A DNA stretch of 64,000 nucleotides, from positions 111,511-175,510 of the forward strand of contig RXJQ01000004.1 in assembly GCA_003963115.1 (NCBI GenBank), in the 5' to 3' direction. Origin of the DNA: Burkholderiales bacterium (lineage in GTDB: Bacteria; Pseudomonadota; Gammaproteobacteria; Burkholderiales; Burkholderiaceae_C). Made by a program: the position numbers and the translations under genes. This document shows positions 45,276 to 54,234 of the stretch, in pieces. The notes under the pieces were generated by a model. That model did not search any database, was not told the origin of the DNA, and was given only the letters and a program-made list of their open reading frames with translations. Position 1 is the stretch's first letter, and the number at the start of each line of letters is the position of its first letter.

Positions 45276-46589
45276 ATGGCCACGGCTTTCAAGCCCCTGA
45301 TGCCGCTGGACGAAGCCTGGTCCAAGCTTCGTACGGCGGTCGAGCAGCATGTCAGTGGTCCGCATGGCAGGCGTCAGACCGAAACGCTGGACAGCGTCGA
45401 GGTGCTGGGCCGTGTGCTGGCACAAGACCTGGTCTCGCCGGTGGACGTGCCGCCACTGGACAACAGCGCCATGGATGGCTACGCGGTGCGTGCGGCGGAT
45501 TTGCAGCAGGCCGGCCAGGCCGGTGCCGAGGATACCGCCGTGAGCCTGCCGCAGGCCCAGCGCATCGCAGCGGGCCAGGTCGGCGAGGCATTGCAGGCCG
45601 GGCAGTGCGCCCGCATCTTCACCGGCGCGCCGATTCCTGAAGGCGCAGATGCCGTCGTCATGCAGGAGCACACGACGGCCGACTCCGTGACCGGCCGTGT
45701 GCGTTTCAATGAAGCGGTCAGGACTGGGCAGAACATCCGCCGCCGTGGCGAGGACATCGCCCGGGGCCAGACCGTGCTGCAAGCCGGCTTGCGCCTGAGT
45801 CCGGCTTCGCTGGGTGTGGCCGCGTCTGTCGGGGCTGCCACGCTGGCTGTCTTTAAGCGGCCGCGCGTGGCTGTGCTGACCACGGGCAACGAGCTGGTCA
45901 TGCCCGGGCAATCGCTGCCGCGGGGCGCGATCTACAACAGCAACCGCCATACCTTGCGCGGGTTGGCGCAGGCCGTGGGCGCCACGGTATCTGACCTGGG
46001 CATCGTGCCGGATAAGCCGGAAGCCACCTGTGCCGCGCTGCGCCAAGCCGCCGAGCAAAGCGACCTGGTCATCAGCAGCGGCGGGGTGTCGGTGGGCGAA
46101 GAAGACCATTTGCGCCAGGCCGTGCAGACCGAAGGCGGGCTGGACTTCTGGGCCCTGGCCATCAAACCGGGCAAGCCCTTCGTGTTCGGCTGGCTGAACC
46201 GCGCAGACGGCAGCAGGGCCCTCTACATGGGCCTGCCGGGCAACCCGGTAGCCAGCTTCGTGACCTTCCTGTTGCTGGCTCGGCCGGCCTTGTCCATGCT
46301 GGGCGGTGAGTCTTGGTGCTTGCCGCAAGCGGTGAAACTGGAAGCGGCGTTCGAGTGGCCCCATGCCGACAGACGCCGCGAGTTCGCGCGTGCGCGCCTG
46401 GATGCGCAAGGCCGCGTCACGCTGTACCCGAATCAGGGTTCCGGCGTGCTGACCTCGGCCGCCTGGGCCGATGGCCTGGTCGATCTGGCCCCTGGCGCAA
46501 CCGTGCAGCCCGGAGATACAGTGTCATATCTGCCTTTTTCCGAACTCGTGCAGCCTGCTGCTGCCGCACGGATGTCGGTGCAGGGCTGA
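45276..46589 (+). CDS. moeA: Molybdopterin molybdenumtransferase MoeA
   Basis: SPVDVPPLDNSAMDGYAV, TGNEL, SGGVSVGEEDH motifs. Confidence 0.9.
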   Translation: MATAFKPLMPLDEAWSKLRTAVEQHVSGPHGRRQTETLDSVEVLGRVLAQDLVSPVDVPPLDNSAMDGYAVRAADLQQAGQAGAEDTAVSLPQAQRIAAGQVGEALQAGQCARIFTGAPIPEGADAVVMQEHTTADSVTGRVRFNEAVRTGQNIRRRGEDIARGQTVLQAGLRLSPASLGVAASVGAATLAVFKRPRVAVLTTGNELVMPGQSLPRGAIYNSNRHTLRGLAQAVGATVSDLGIVPDKPEATCAALRQAAEQSDLVISSGGVSVGEEDHLRQAVQTEGGLDFWALAIKPGKPFVFGWLNRADGSRALYMGLPGNPVASFVTFLLLARPALSMLGGESWCLPQAVKLEAAFEWPHADRRREFARARLDAQGRVTLYPNQGSGVLTSAAWADGLVDLAPGATVQPGDTVSYLPFSELVQPAAAARMSVQG

Positions 46590-46623
46590 TCGGCACAGAC
46601 CTCACAACGATGAAGGCCCAGTC

Positions 46624-46884
46624 ATGAAGGTTCAGGTGCGTTATTTCGCTTCGGTGCGCGAGAAGTTGGGTGCCGGGGAGGCCGTCACGCTCGAGGGCAG
46701 CGAAGCGCCGCGCACCGTCGGTCAGTTGCAGCAATGGCTCACGGGCTTGTCGCCCGTCCATGAAGCGGCCCTGGCCGAATCCCGAGGTTTGCGCACAGCG
46801 CTTGACCAGGCGCTGTGCATGGCCGACGAGGCCCTGCACGATGGGGCCGAGGTGGCCTTCTTTCCGCCCGTGACCGGAGGCTGA
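46624..46884 (+). CDS. moaD: Molybdopterin synthase sulfur-carrier subunit MoaD
   Basis: 86 aa, MKVQVRYFASVRE start and a C-terminal FFPPVTGG. Confidence 0.85.
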   Translation: MKVQVRYFASVREKLGAGEAVTLEGSEAPRTVGQLQQWLTGLSPVHEAALAESRGLRTALDQALCMADEALHDGAEVAFFPPVTGG

Positions 46885-46885
46885 C

Positions 46886-47473
46886 ATGAGGTCCTCAAGC
46901 CAGCCTGCAGGTCAGCCCGCACACCGGCCCGATCTGTCGCTGGAGGCCGCGTTGGCTTGCGTGCATGTGGGCCCGGATGATTTCGATCTGTCTGCCGAAG
47001 TGGCGCGACTGCGTGCCAGCGACCCGTGCGTGGGCGCGGTGGTGAGCTTTGTCGGCACGGTGCGCGAGTGGCAGCAGGACGCACAGGCATCGCCGGGTGC
47101 CGCTGATCCCACCCCCGCCACGATGGAGCTGGAGCACTATCCCGGCATGACCGAGTGCAGCATCGCCGGGCTCATTCAGCAGGCCTGGGCGCGTTTCGAC
47201 GTGCGGGGTGTGCGGGTGATCCACCGCGTGGGGCCGCTCAAGGTGTCGGAGCAGATCGTGCTGGTGGCCGTGACATCAAAGCACCGGAGCCAGGCCTTTC
47301 AGTGCGCAGAGTTCCTGATGGACTGGCTCAAGACTCAGGCGCCTTTCTGGAAGAAGGAGTCGGCCGGCGGTGTCAGCCGCTGGGTCGATGCCCGCAGCGC
47401 CGATGACGAGGCCGCGGCACGCTGGGGTGGCCTGGCGTTCAAGAACACGCCGAGCAACACGCAGAGCAATTAG
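46886..47473 (+). CDS. moaE: Molybdopterin synthase catalytic subunit MoaE
   Basis: GAVVSFVGTVRE, LEHYPGM and APFWKKE motifs. Starts 1 nt after moaD. Confidence 0.88.
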   Translation: MRSSSQPAGQPAHRPDLSLEAALACVHVGPDDFDLSAEVARLRASDPCVGAVVSFVGTVREWQQDAQASPGAADPTPATMELEHYPGMTECSIAGLIQQAWARFDVRGVRVIHRVGPLKVSEQIVLVAVTSKHRSQAFQCAEFLMDWLKTQAPFWKKESAGGVSRWVDARSADDEAAARWGGLAFKNTPSNTQSN

Positions 47474-48906
47474 CGGCCGCCTCCCAGATCCGCTGCGCCC
47501 ACCCAATTGCCATGAAAGCCCAGGGGCACAGGAGCGGGCAGTTGCACCACGGCGCTGGCCGGTGCGCTCAGGTCCGACGCATCCAGCACGTGGTACTCGC
47601 CCAGCCCCGTATTCAGGTTGCTGACGAAACCCATCAGCCAGCCCTCGTCCTCAGCCGAGTCGGCGCGGCGCGGCACGAACACGAATTCACCGGGCTTGAG
47701 GTGCTCGGCGAAGCGATGCTCAGTGGTCGTTCGGGTGTCCAGGTCATGCTTGAGGACGGACTGGCCGCCCGCCATGTCCACACTGAACTCGACGGTATAG
47801 GCATAGCGGTAGCGCTGGGCAAAGCGGCGCTCGTCGGGGCGCGGGAACTCCTGGTCCCGCCGGGAGATCATCTCGCGTACCACGCGCTGCCCGCCGGCGG
47901 GCAAGGTCCAGCGCTCGAAGCTGGGATGGGTGTCGGCTTCGGGCCCGATGCGAGATTGGTCGAACATGTGCTGGTGCACCACCACATCAAGCACCACCGA
48001 GCCATCAGGCAGGTCGTAGGCATTGCAGGGGTGGAAGACGTAGCAGGGATCGACATCGAACCAGCGGATGTCTGAGGCTTCGCCCTCGCGAGGCAGCAAG
48101 CCCACGCGCGCGCCGTGCTTGGGGTTCCAGCTGTAGGGGAAGGGCGAGCGCTTGATCATCTCCCACCAGGAGAAGGTCACGGGCAGGTCCAGCACGATGA
48201 CCTGGCTGCGGGTGATGGCGCAGTCGTGCACCATGGGGCCATGCTTGACCGGGATGCGAACGATCTTGTCGACCTGGCCCTTGGCGCTCACGCGCACATA
48301 GTTCAGCGTCTTGTGCTGGATGGCGTCGTAGGTGATGGCGTGCAGGTCGCCGCTGACCGGGTCGCGGTGCGGGTGGGCGGTGAAGGGCACGGTGGGTTCG
48401 CTGTCGAAGAGGCCGTGGCGCACGGAGGTCAACTCGCTGTCCAACTGCACTGGCGCCGGCCCGGCCTCCACCGAGGCCCACACGCGCCCCGCATGGCCGT
48501 AGACATTGGTGTTGACGGTGTCGAAGATGCCGCGCGTCTTGCCGGGCACGGGGTCGCGGCCCAGCTTGCGCTGCACGCTCTTGCTGCCGATCCAGCGGTT
48601 GCGGTACCACAGGGCCTCGCCGCCAGACAGCCGCACGCCGTGCACCATGCCATCGCCGGTGAACCAGTGGTACTTGCGCGGGTCCTGGGGCGCTTTGAGC
48701 GGGTTGGGGCCGATGCGGACATACAGGCCGTCCAGCTCTTCGGGAATCGAGCCGGTGACTTGCAGCGCGGTGGCCGTGGTCTCGCGGTCCACCGGGGCAA
48801 AAGGCCCTTCCAGGAAGATGTTGCCTGTCGCCTGGGCCTGGCGACGCGTGGCGGTAGAGAGGACCGAATCATCGTCATCCGAGACGGAAATGCTGGCTTG
48901 ACTCAT
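47470..48906 (-). CDS. Carotenoid-oxygenase-family dioxygenase (carotenoid or stilbene cleavage type)
   Basis: 478 aa from ATG 48906, which is preceded by AAGGAG. Four candidate iron-ligand His contexts (FTAHPH, MVHDCAIT, VFHPCNA, LGFHGNW). Confidence 0.85.
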   Translation of the reverse strand: MSQASISVSDDDDSVLSTATRRQAQATGNIFLEGPFAPVDRETTATALQVTGSIPEELDGLYVRIGPNPLKAPQDPRKYHWFTGDGMVHGVRLSGGEALWYRNRWIGSKSVQRKLGRDPVPGKTRGIFDTVNTNVYGHAGRVWASVEAGPAPVQLDSELTSVRHGLFDSEPTVPFTAHPHRDPVSGDLHAITYDAIQHKTLNYVRVSAKGQVDKIVRIPVKHGPMVHDCAITRSQVIVLDLPVTFSWWEMIKRSPFPYSWNPKHGARVGLLPREGEASDIRWFDVDPCYVFHPCNAYDLPDGSVVLDVVVHQHMFDQSRIGPEADTHPSFERWTLPAGGQRVVREMISRRDQEFPRPDERRFAQRYRYAYTVEFSVDMAGGQSVLKHDLDTRTTTEHRFAEHLKPGEFVFVPRRADSAEDEGWLMGFVSNLNTGLGEYHVLDASDLSAPASAVVQLPAPVPLGFHGNWVGAADLGGGR

Positions 48907-49083
48907 GTTGGGCTCCTTTATGTTGACGATGTGAACATGTGCATTGAAGCGCTTTCCCTGTCCGGTGTCAAGGGGGTTGGATGGCAAACATGGCACGCGC
49001 GGGGTGTTGCGAATGAGCCAAGGTATCAATCTGTCGGGGTGCATGCCGATATTGCCCCTACTTTCAAAGTGTAAAAATCAGGC

Positions 49084-50250
49084 ATGCTGTCGATCGACGT
49101 TTACACCTGCTACGCCGTCGCGGGCGCCGGCTCCCTGGTCGGACTGGGGCTGCTGGCCATGGTGCGCACCGAGCAAGCCCGCGTGACCTACGCCTTGGGG
49201 CTGTTTCGCTGGGCCCTGCTGTGTCTGTCGGTCTTGCTGTGCGTGCAGCTCAGCCCTTTGAGCATGCGGCCGGAGGTGCTCAAAGGCGCCATCGGCTTCG
49301 CGGGCATGGGCGTGGCCTTGTTGGCCTGGGCGTTTCGGCAGCTCAATGGGCGGCGCACCTACCCGGTTTTCGGTTTCCTGGTCGTGGTGCTCGTGGGGCT
49401 GGCACTGTGGGGCGCGGCGGCTTTCGGTTCGGACCAGCAGTACGTTCAGGCCATCGGCGTGGTGTTCTTTCTGGTCAGCATGGGCATGGCGCTGGATCAG
49501 GGTCTGCTCCTGATCCAGAACAGCAAATTCAATGGTGGCGACATCACCCTGCTGCTGGCCGCCTGCGAATTCGCCCTGAACTGGGTGGTCCTGCTGTATT
49601 GGGCCTTCACGCAGCCCGGTCCGTACCCCTCGCACTGGCTCCACATGCCCGATTGGCTCATGCCCATCACCGGACTGAGCTTTGCGCTGCTGCCATTGGC
49701 GGTGTCCTCCGTGGTGTTTGCGTCGGTCAATGAGCGGCTGATGCAGCAATTGCGGGCCCGCTCGCTGTCTGATGACCTGACCGGGGCGCTGTCTCGTCGG
49801 GGGCTGCGTGAACTGGGCGAGCGCATGGTGGCTTTGCAGGCGATGCAAGCCAGTGTGCTGGCGGTGCTGATGATCGACATCGATTTCTTCAAGGACGTCA
49901 ATGACCGCCATGGCCACGCCATGGGTGACGACGTGCTGCGCCACGTGACCAACACCGTACGCGATCACCTTCGCGAGGACGCGCTGCTGGCCCGCTACGG
50001 CGGGGAGGAGTTCTCGGTGCTGCTGCCCGTGCGCTCCAGGCTGGAGGCGCAGTCCATTGCCGAGCGGGTGCGTGAGATTGTGGAACTCAGCCCCTTCGAG
50101 ACCAAGACGGGCGAGATCCGCGTGACGGTGAGCATCGGCATCGCCTTTCACCGCGAGGACACCACCTTGGAAGACGACCTGGCCCGTGCCGACATGTGCC
50201 TGTACGAAGCCAAGCACACCGGGCGCAACCGGGTCGTCACCGGAGATTGA
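49084..50250 (+). CDS. Membrane-anchored diguanylate cyclase (GGDEF)
   Basis: About 6-7 N-terminal TM segments and an active-site GGEEF. The I-site position reads REDA rather than RxxD. Confidence 0.85.
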   Translation: MLSIDVYTCYAVAGAGSLVGLGLLAMVRTEQARVTYALGLFRWALLCLSVLLCVQLSPLSMRPEVLKGAIGFAGMGVALLAWAFRQLNGRRTYPVFGFLVVVLVGLALWGAAAFGSDQQYVQAIGVVFFLVSMGMALDQGLLLIQNSKFNGGDITLLLAACEFALNWVVLLYWAFTQPGPYPSHWLHMPDWLMPITGLSFALLPLAVSSVVFASVNERLMQQLRARSLSDDLTGALSRRGLRELGERMVALQAMQASVLAVLMIDIDFFKDVNDRHGHAMGDDVLRHVTNTVRDHLREDALLARYGGEEFSVLLPVRSRLEAQSIAERVREIVELSPFETKTGEIRVTVSIGIAFHREDTTLEDDLARADMCLYEAKHTGRNRVVTGD

Positions 50251-50268
50251 TTTTTCTCAAAACCCAGG

Positions 50269-50298
50269 GATGACCGGGGCTTGAAATGCCCGGTCATC
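50269..50298 (+). terminator. Perfect 10-bp hairpin downstream of the GGDEF gene (possible weak terminator)
   Basis: GATGACCGGG-N10-CCCGGTCATC, 19 nt after the stop. The following tract, GCCTTATCTTCAT, is only moderately U-rich. Confidence 0.4.
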
Positions 50299-50307
50299 GC
50301 CTTATCT
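50280..50307 (+). promoter_or_regulatory. Candidate sigma-32 (RpoH) heat-shock promoter for clpB
   Basis: CTTGAAA-N13-CCTTATCT compared with the remembered consensus CTTGAAA-N13-15-CCCCATnT. Lies about 60 nt upstream of the clpB ATG. Confidence 0.5.
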
Positions 50308-50365
50308 TCATGAGCAATCGGCCCTGCGCAAGCGCGTTGGGTGCCTCCGTCTAACAGGATTGCTC

Positions 50366-52969
50366 ATGCGTCTCGACAAACTCACCACCAAATTCCAGGA
50401 AGCGCTGACCGAGGCCCAGAGTCTGGCCGTTACGCGCGACAACCCCTACATTGAGCCTGCCCACCTGCTGCTGGCCATGCTTCAGCAGGACGACGGCCCC
50501 CGAGCCCTGCTGGAGCGCGCTGGCGTCAAAGTGCCCGGTCTGATCACCGCCCTGGAGAAGCAGATCGACAAACTGCCCCAGGTGCAAGGCGCCGACCAGG
50601 TCCAGGCCGGTCGTGACACCGTGAGCCTGCTGCAGGGCGCGGAGAAGGAGGCCCACAAGCAGGGCGACCCCTACATCGCCAGCGAGATGTTCCTGCTCGC
50701 CCTGGCCGACCACAAGGGCGACACCGCCTCGCAGGCCCGCGACTTTGGCTTGAGCCGCAAGCCGCTGGAGGCCGCGATCAAGGCCGTCCGTGGCGATCAG
50801 AAGGTCGACAACCCCGAAGCCGAAGGCCAGCGCGAGGCCTTGAAGAAGTACACCCTGGACCTGACCGAGCGTGCTCGCCAAGGCAAGCTCGACCCCGTCA
50901 TCGGCCGGGATGAAGAGATCCGCCGTGCCATCCAGGTGCTGCAACGCCGCAGCAAGAACAACCCTGTGCTGATCGGTGAGCCCGGTGTGGGCAAGACCGC
51001 CATTGTTGAAGGCCTGGCCCAGCGCATCGTGGCCGGCGAAGTGCCCGACTCGCTCAAGAACAAGCGCGTGCTTGTGCTCGACATGGCCCTGCTGCTGGCT
51101 GGTGCCAAGTACCGTGGTGACTTCGAAGAGCGACTCAAGGGGGTGCTCAAGGAAGTGGCCAAGGACGAAGGCCAGACCATCATGTTCATCGACGAGATCC
51201 ACACCATGGTGGGCGCCGGCAAGGCCGAAGGGGCGATGGATGCAGGCAACATGCTCAAGCCCGCGCTGGCCCGTGGCGAGTTGCATTGCATCGGCGCGAC
51301 CACGCTGGACGAATACCGCAAGTACATCGAAAAAGACGCCGCGCTGGAGCGCCGCTTCCAGAAGATCCTGGTGGACGAGCCCAGCGTGGAAGCCACCATC
51401 GCCATCCTGCGCGGCCTGCAAGAAAAGTACGAGGTCCACCATGGCGTCGAGATCACCGACCCGGCCATCGTGGCTGCGGCCGAGCTGTCCAACCGCTACA
51501 TCACCGACCGCTTCCTGCCGGACAAGGCCATCGATCTGATCGACGAGGCCGCCGCCAAGATCAAGATCGAGATCGACTCCAAGCCCGAGGCCCTGGACCG
51601 GCTCGACCGCCGCCTCATCCAGCTCAAGATCGAGCGCGAAGCCGTCAAGCGCGAAAAGGACGAAGCCTCCATCAAGCGCCTGGGCCTGATCGAGGAAGAG
51701 ATCACCAAGCTGCAGAAGGATTATGCCGACCTGGAAGACGTTTGGAAGGCCGAGAAGGCCCAGGCGCAGGGCTCGGCCCACGTCAAGGAAGAGATCGACC
51801 GTATCCGCTTCCAGATCGAGGAGTTCAAGCGCAAGGGTGACTTCAACAAGGTGGCCGAGCTGCAATACGGCAAACTGCCCGAGCTGGAAAAGCGCCTGCA
51901 CGAAGCCCAGGCCAAGGAAACGGCTAAAAACAAGGCAGGCAAGGACGCAGGCAGGCCGCAGTTGCTGCGCACGCAAGTTGGCGCCGAAGAGATCGCCGAG
52001 GTCGTGGCGCGCGCCACCGGCATCCCCGTGTCCAAGTTGATGCAGGGCGAGCGCGACAAGCTGCTGGCCATGGAAGACAAGCTGCACGATCGCGTCGTGG
52101 GCCAGGACGAAGCCATCGTGGCCGTATCCGACGCCATCCGCCGCTCACGTGCAGGTCTGTCTGACCCGAACCGCCCGTATGGCTCCTTCCTCTTCCTGGG
52201 CCCCACGGGCGTGGGCAAGACCGAGCTGTGCAAGGCCTTGGCCGGCTTCCTGTTCGACAGCGAAGACCACCTCATCCGCATCGACATGAGCGAGTTCATG
52301 GAGAAGCACTCGGTGAGCCGCCTCATTGGCGCGCCCCCAGGCTATGTGGGCTATGAAGAAGGCGGCACCTTGACCGAGGCCGTTCGCCGCAAGCCCTACA
52401 GCGTGGTGCTGCTCGATGAGGTCGAGAAGGCGCACCCCGATGTCTTCAATGTGCTCTTGCAGGTGCTTGACGATGGTCGTCTGACCGACGGACAGGGCCG
52501 CACCGTGGACTTCAAGAACACCGTCATCGTGATGACCTCCAACCTGGGCTCGCACCACATCATGCAGATGGCCGGACAGCCTTCAGAGGACATCAAGGAC
52601 GCCGTGTGGGTCGAGGTCAAGCAGCATTTCCGCCCTGAGTTCCTCAACCGCATCGACGAGGTGGTGGTGTTCCATGCACTGGACATGGCCAACATCCAGT
52701 CGATCGCCAAGATCCAGCTCAAGGGACTGGAAGGGCGCCTGCAGCAACTGGAGATGAAGCTCGATGTCACGCCCGAGGCCCTGGTCGAACTCGCCAAGGT
52801 GGGCTTCGACCCGGTGTTTGGCGCACGGCCGCTCAAGCGGGCGATTCAACAGCGCATCGAGAACCCGGTGGCCAAGCTCATCTTGCAAGGCAAGTTCGGG
52901 CCCAAGGATGTCATTCCGGTGCGGGTGGACGAGTCCGGCGAATTTCAGTTCGAACGTACCGTCCATTGA
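50366..52969 (+). CDS. clpB: Disaggregase chaperone ClpB
   Basis: Clp_N domain, two AAA+ modules ([18 protein letters not shown]) and a long coiled-coil middle domain. 867 aa. Confidence 0.96.
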   Translation: MRLDKLTTKFQEALTEAQSLAVTRDNPYIEPAHLLLAMLQQDDGPRALLERAGVKVPGLITALEKQIDKLPQVQGADQVQAGRDTVSLLQGAEKEAHKQGDPYIASEMFLLALADHKGDTASQARDFGLSRKPLEAAIKAVRGDQKVDNPEAEGQREALKKYTLDLTERARQGKLDPVIGRDEEIRRAIQVLQRRSKNNPVLIGEPGVGKTAIVEGLAQRIVAGEVPDSLKNKRVLVLDMALLLAGAKYRGDFEERLKGVLKEVAKDEGQTIMFIDEIHTMVGAGKAEGAMDAGNMLKPALARGELHCIGATTLDEYRKYIEKDAALERRFQKILVDEPSVEATIAILRGLQEKYEVHHGVEITDPAIVAAAELSNRYITDRFLPDKAIDLIDEAAAKIKIEIDSKPEALDRLDRRLIQLKIEREAVKREKDEASIKRLGLIEEEITKLQKDYADLEDVWKAEKAQAQGSAHVKEEIDRIRFQIEEFKRKGDFNKVAELQYGKLPELEKRLHEAQAKETAKNKAGKDAGRPQLLRTQVGAEEIAEVVARATGIPVSKLMQGERDKLLAMEDKLHDRVVGQDEAIVAVSDAIRRSRAGLSDPNRPYGSFLFLGPTGVGKTELCKALAGFLFDSEDHLIRIDMSEFMEKHSVSRLIGAPPGYVGYEEGGTLTEAVRRKPYSVVLLDEVEKAHPDVFNVLLQVLDDGRLTDGQGRTVDFKNTVIVMTSNLGSHHIMQMAGQPSEDIKDAVWVEVKQHFRPEFLNRIDEVVVFHALDMANIQSIAKIQLKGLEGRLQQLEMKLDVTPEALVELAKVGFDPVFGARPLKRAIQQRIENPVAKLILQGKFGPKDVIPVRVDESGEFQFERTVH

Positions 52970-52994
52970 AAAGGCGCTGGCCTTTGTCCTGAAA

Positions 52995-53027
52995 AGCTAC
53001 ATCGTCAGTGCGCGGTGTGGCTTTTTG
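52995..53027 (+). terminator. Probable rho-independent terminator of clpB
   Basis: AGCTACATCGT...GCGGTGTGGCT stem (about 11 bp including G-U pairs) followed by TTTTGTTG. Lies 26 nt after the stop. Confidence 0.6.
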
Positions 53028-53038
53028 TTGAGGGACTT

Positions 53039-53054
53039 CCCCTAAAGAAGGGGG
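53039..53054. repeat. Small hairpin motif CCCCTAAAGAAGGGGG
   Basis: Read directly. It shares CCCCTAAAGA..GGGG with the motif at 56749-56764. Confidence 0.6.
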
Positions 53055-53070
53055 CGTCAGTCACACACAC

Positions 53071-53108
53071 CACTGCAAATGATTGTAAAAATGGTGGCTC
53101 TTGCAGTG
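53071..53108. repeat. 8-bp perfect inverted repeat CACTGCAA-N22-TTGCAGTG upstream of the PEP-CTERM gene
   Basis: Read directly. It flanks the AT-rich spacer ATGATTGTAAAAATGGTGGCTC and lies 32-69 nt upstream of the ATG. Confidence 0.6.
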
Positions 53109-53139
53109 TGTTTGACTAATCAACTTAAGGGAGTGCTTT

Positions 53140-54099
53140 ATGCGCCGCGCTGTTGCCGTTTTGTCCGTTGTTGCTTTGGCTGTGTCTGCTTCGGTGGCTC
53201 AAGCTGCCTCCGAGTCGTCTGCGTCGATCTCCGGCCTGACCTTCACCCTGATCGACCTGAACCCCAATGACGGTATCGATCCCTCGTTCAGCTTTCTGAC
53301 GACGACGGGCTCCACGATCCTCACCGTCAACGCCACTGACAACGCCGTTGGCGAAAGCGACAGTTCCTCGCGTACGCGTCCTGGCACCTTCACCTTCTCG
53401 GGCTCAGCCTTGACCGACATCGCACACGCCAGTGCCAGTGGAACGGTCAACAGCGAGGCGCTTTCTGTCGCCGGTTCGGCAGGTGGTCCTCAGACGTCCT
53501 ATAACGCGTCGGCTTCTACCGGTACCAACACGAATGGCTATTACTACTACAACCAGCCGCTGAACCTGTCGCTGTCGGCCAATTCGCTGCTGTTGATTGA
53601 TGCCAGTGTCAGTCTGAAGGCCAAGGCCTCGAACCCGACGGCATGCAGCTACTACTATTGCAACTCCACGGAAAACGCGTCTGCTTCGGCTTCGTCCTAC
53701 CTGTCGTACAACTATTCTGGTAGCGGCGTCAGTGCTTCCTACACCGGCAATAAGTCCCTGAGCCTGCAGGCAACGGCTTCCGGCGAGTACTCAACGTCCT
53801 CGTACCAGTACGACCCCGCCCTGGGCAACTACACCATCGTCTACACCACGGTGCCCAAGACCGAGCCGGACAAGAGCCTCGACGACACCTTGCGCAGCGT
53901 TTTCACCAACTCCACGGACCAGACGCAAAGCGCGATCTTTGGTCTGTCTGTTGCGGTGTCGGGTCAAGCCTCGACCGCACCCATTGCACTGCCCGACATC
54001 GGCAATCTGGCAGCCATCCCCGAGCCCGGTACCTTCGCCTTGCTGTTCGAAGGCCTGGCCGTGGGTGCCTGGGTGATCCGTCGCAACCGCCGCGCCTGA
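53140..54099 (+). CDS. PEP-CTERM sorting-domain secreted protein
   Basis: Signal peptide ending AQA. Ser/Thr/Asn/Tyr-rich body. C-terminal IPEPGTFALLFEGLAVGAWVIRRNRRA (PEP motif + TM + basic tail). AAGGGAG RBS. Confidence 0.82.
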   Translation: MRRAVAVLSVVALAVSASVAQAASESSASISGLTFTLIDLNPNDGIDPSFSFLTTTGSTILTVNATDNAVGESDSSSRTRPGTFTFSGSALTDIAHASASGTVNSEALSVAGSAGGPQTSYNASASTGTNTNGYYYYNQPLNLSLSANSLLLIDASVSLKAKASNPTACSYYYCNSTENASASASSYLSYNYSGSGVSASYTGNKSLSLQATASGEYSTSSYQYDPALGNYTIVYTTVPKTEPDKSLDDTLRSVFTNSTDQTQSAIFGLSVAVSGQASTAPIALPDIGNLAAIPEPGTFALLFEGLAVGAWVIRRNRRA

Positions 54100-54234
54100 G
54101 ATCGTCTTCAATCAGGTGCATGGTGCGGGAGCCCGTTCGAGGGCCCTTGCACTGAATAGGCTCGGCCAGTCTGATCCGAACGCAGGACCTGGCCTGTCAG
54201 CAGTTGGAACGGGCAAGCTTGATCGATCGAATAA

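Noticed and set aside
50366-52969. An internal alternative translation start in clpB, by analogy with the E. coli ClpB-80 isoform that starts at Val149.
   Set aside because: The corresponding region ([14 protein letters not shown]) uses GTC, not GTG/ATG/TTG, at the aligned Val. I see no internal SD, so an internal start is not supported by the sequence.
53091-53105. Possible sigma-54 promoter (TGGTGGCTCTTGCA) upstream of the PEP-CTERM gene. Similar TGGCA-containing strings occur near 16300, 49010 and 60640.
   Set aside because: The GG-to-GC spacing does not match the remembered TGGCAC-N5-TTGC architecture in any of them; the spacers are too short or too long by 2-5 nt.
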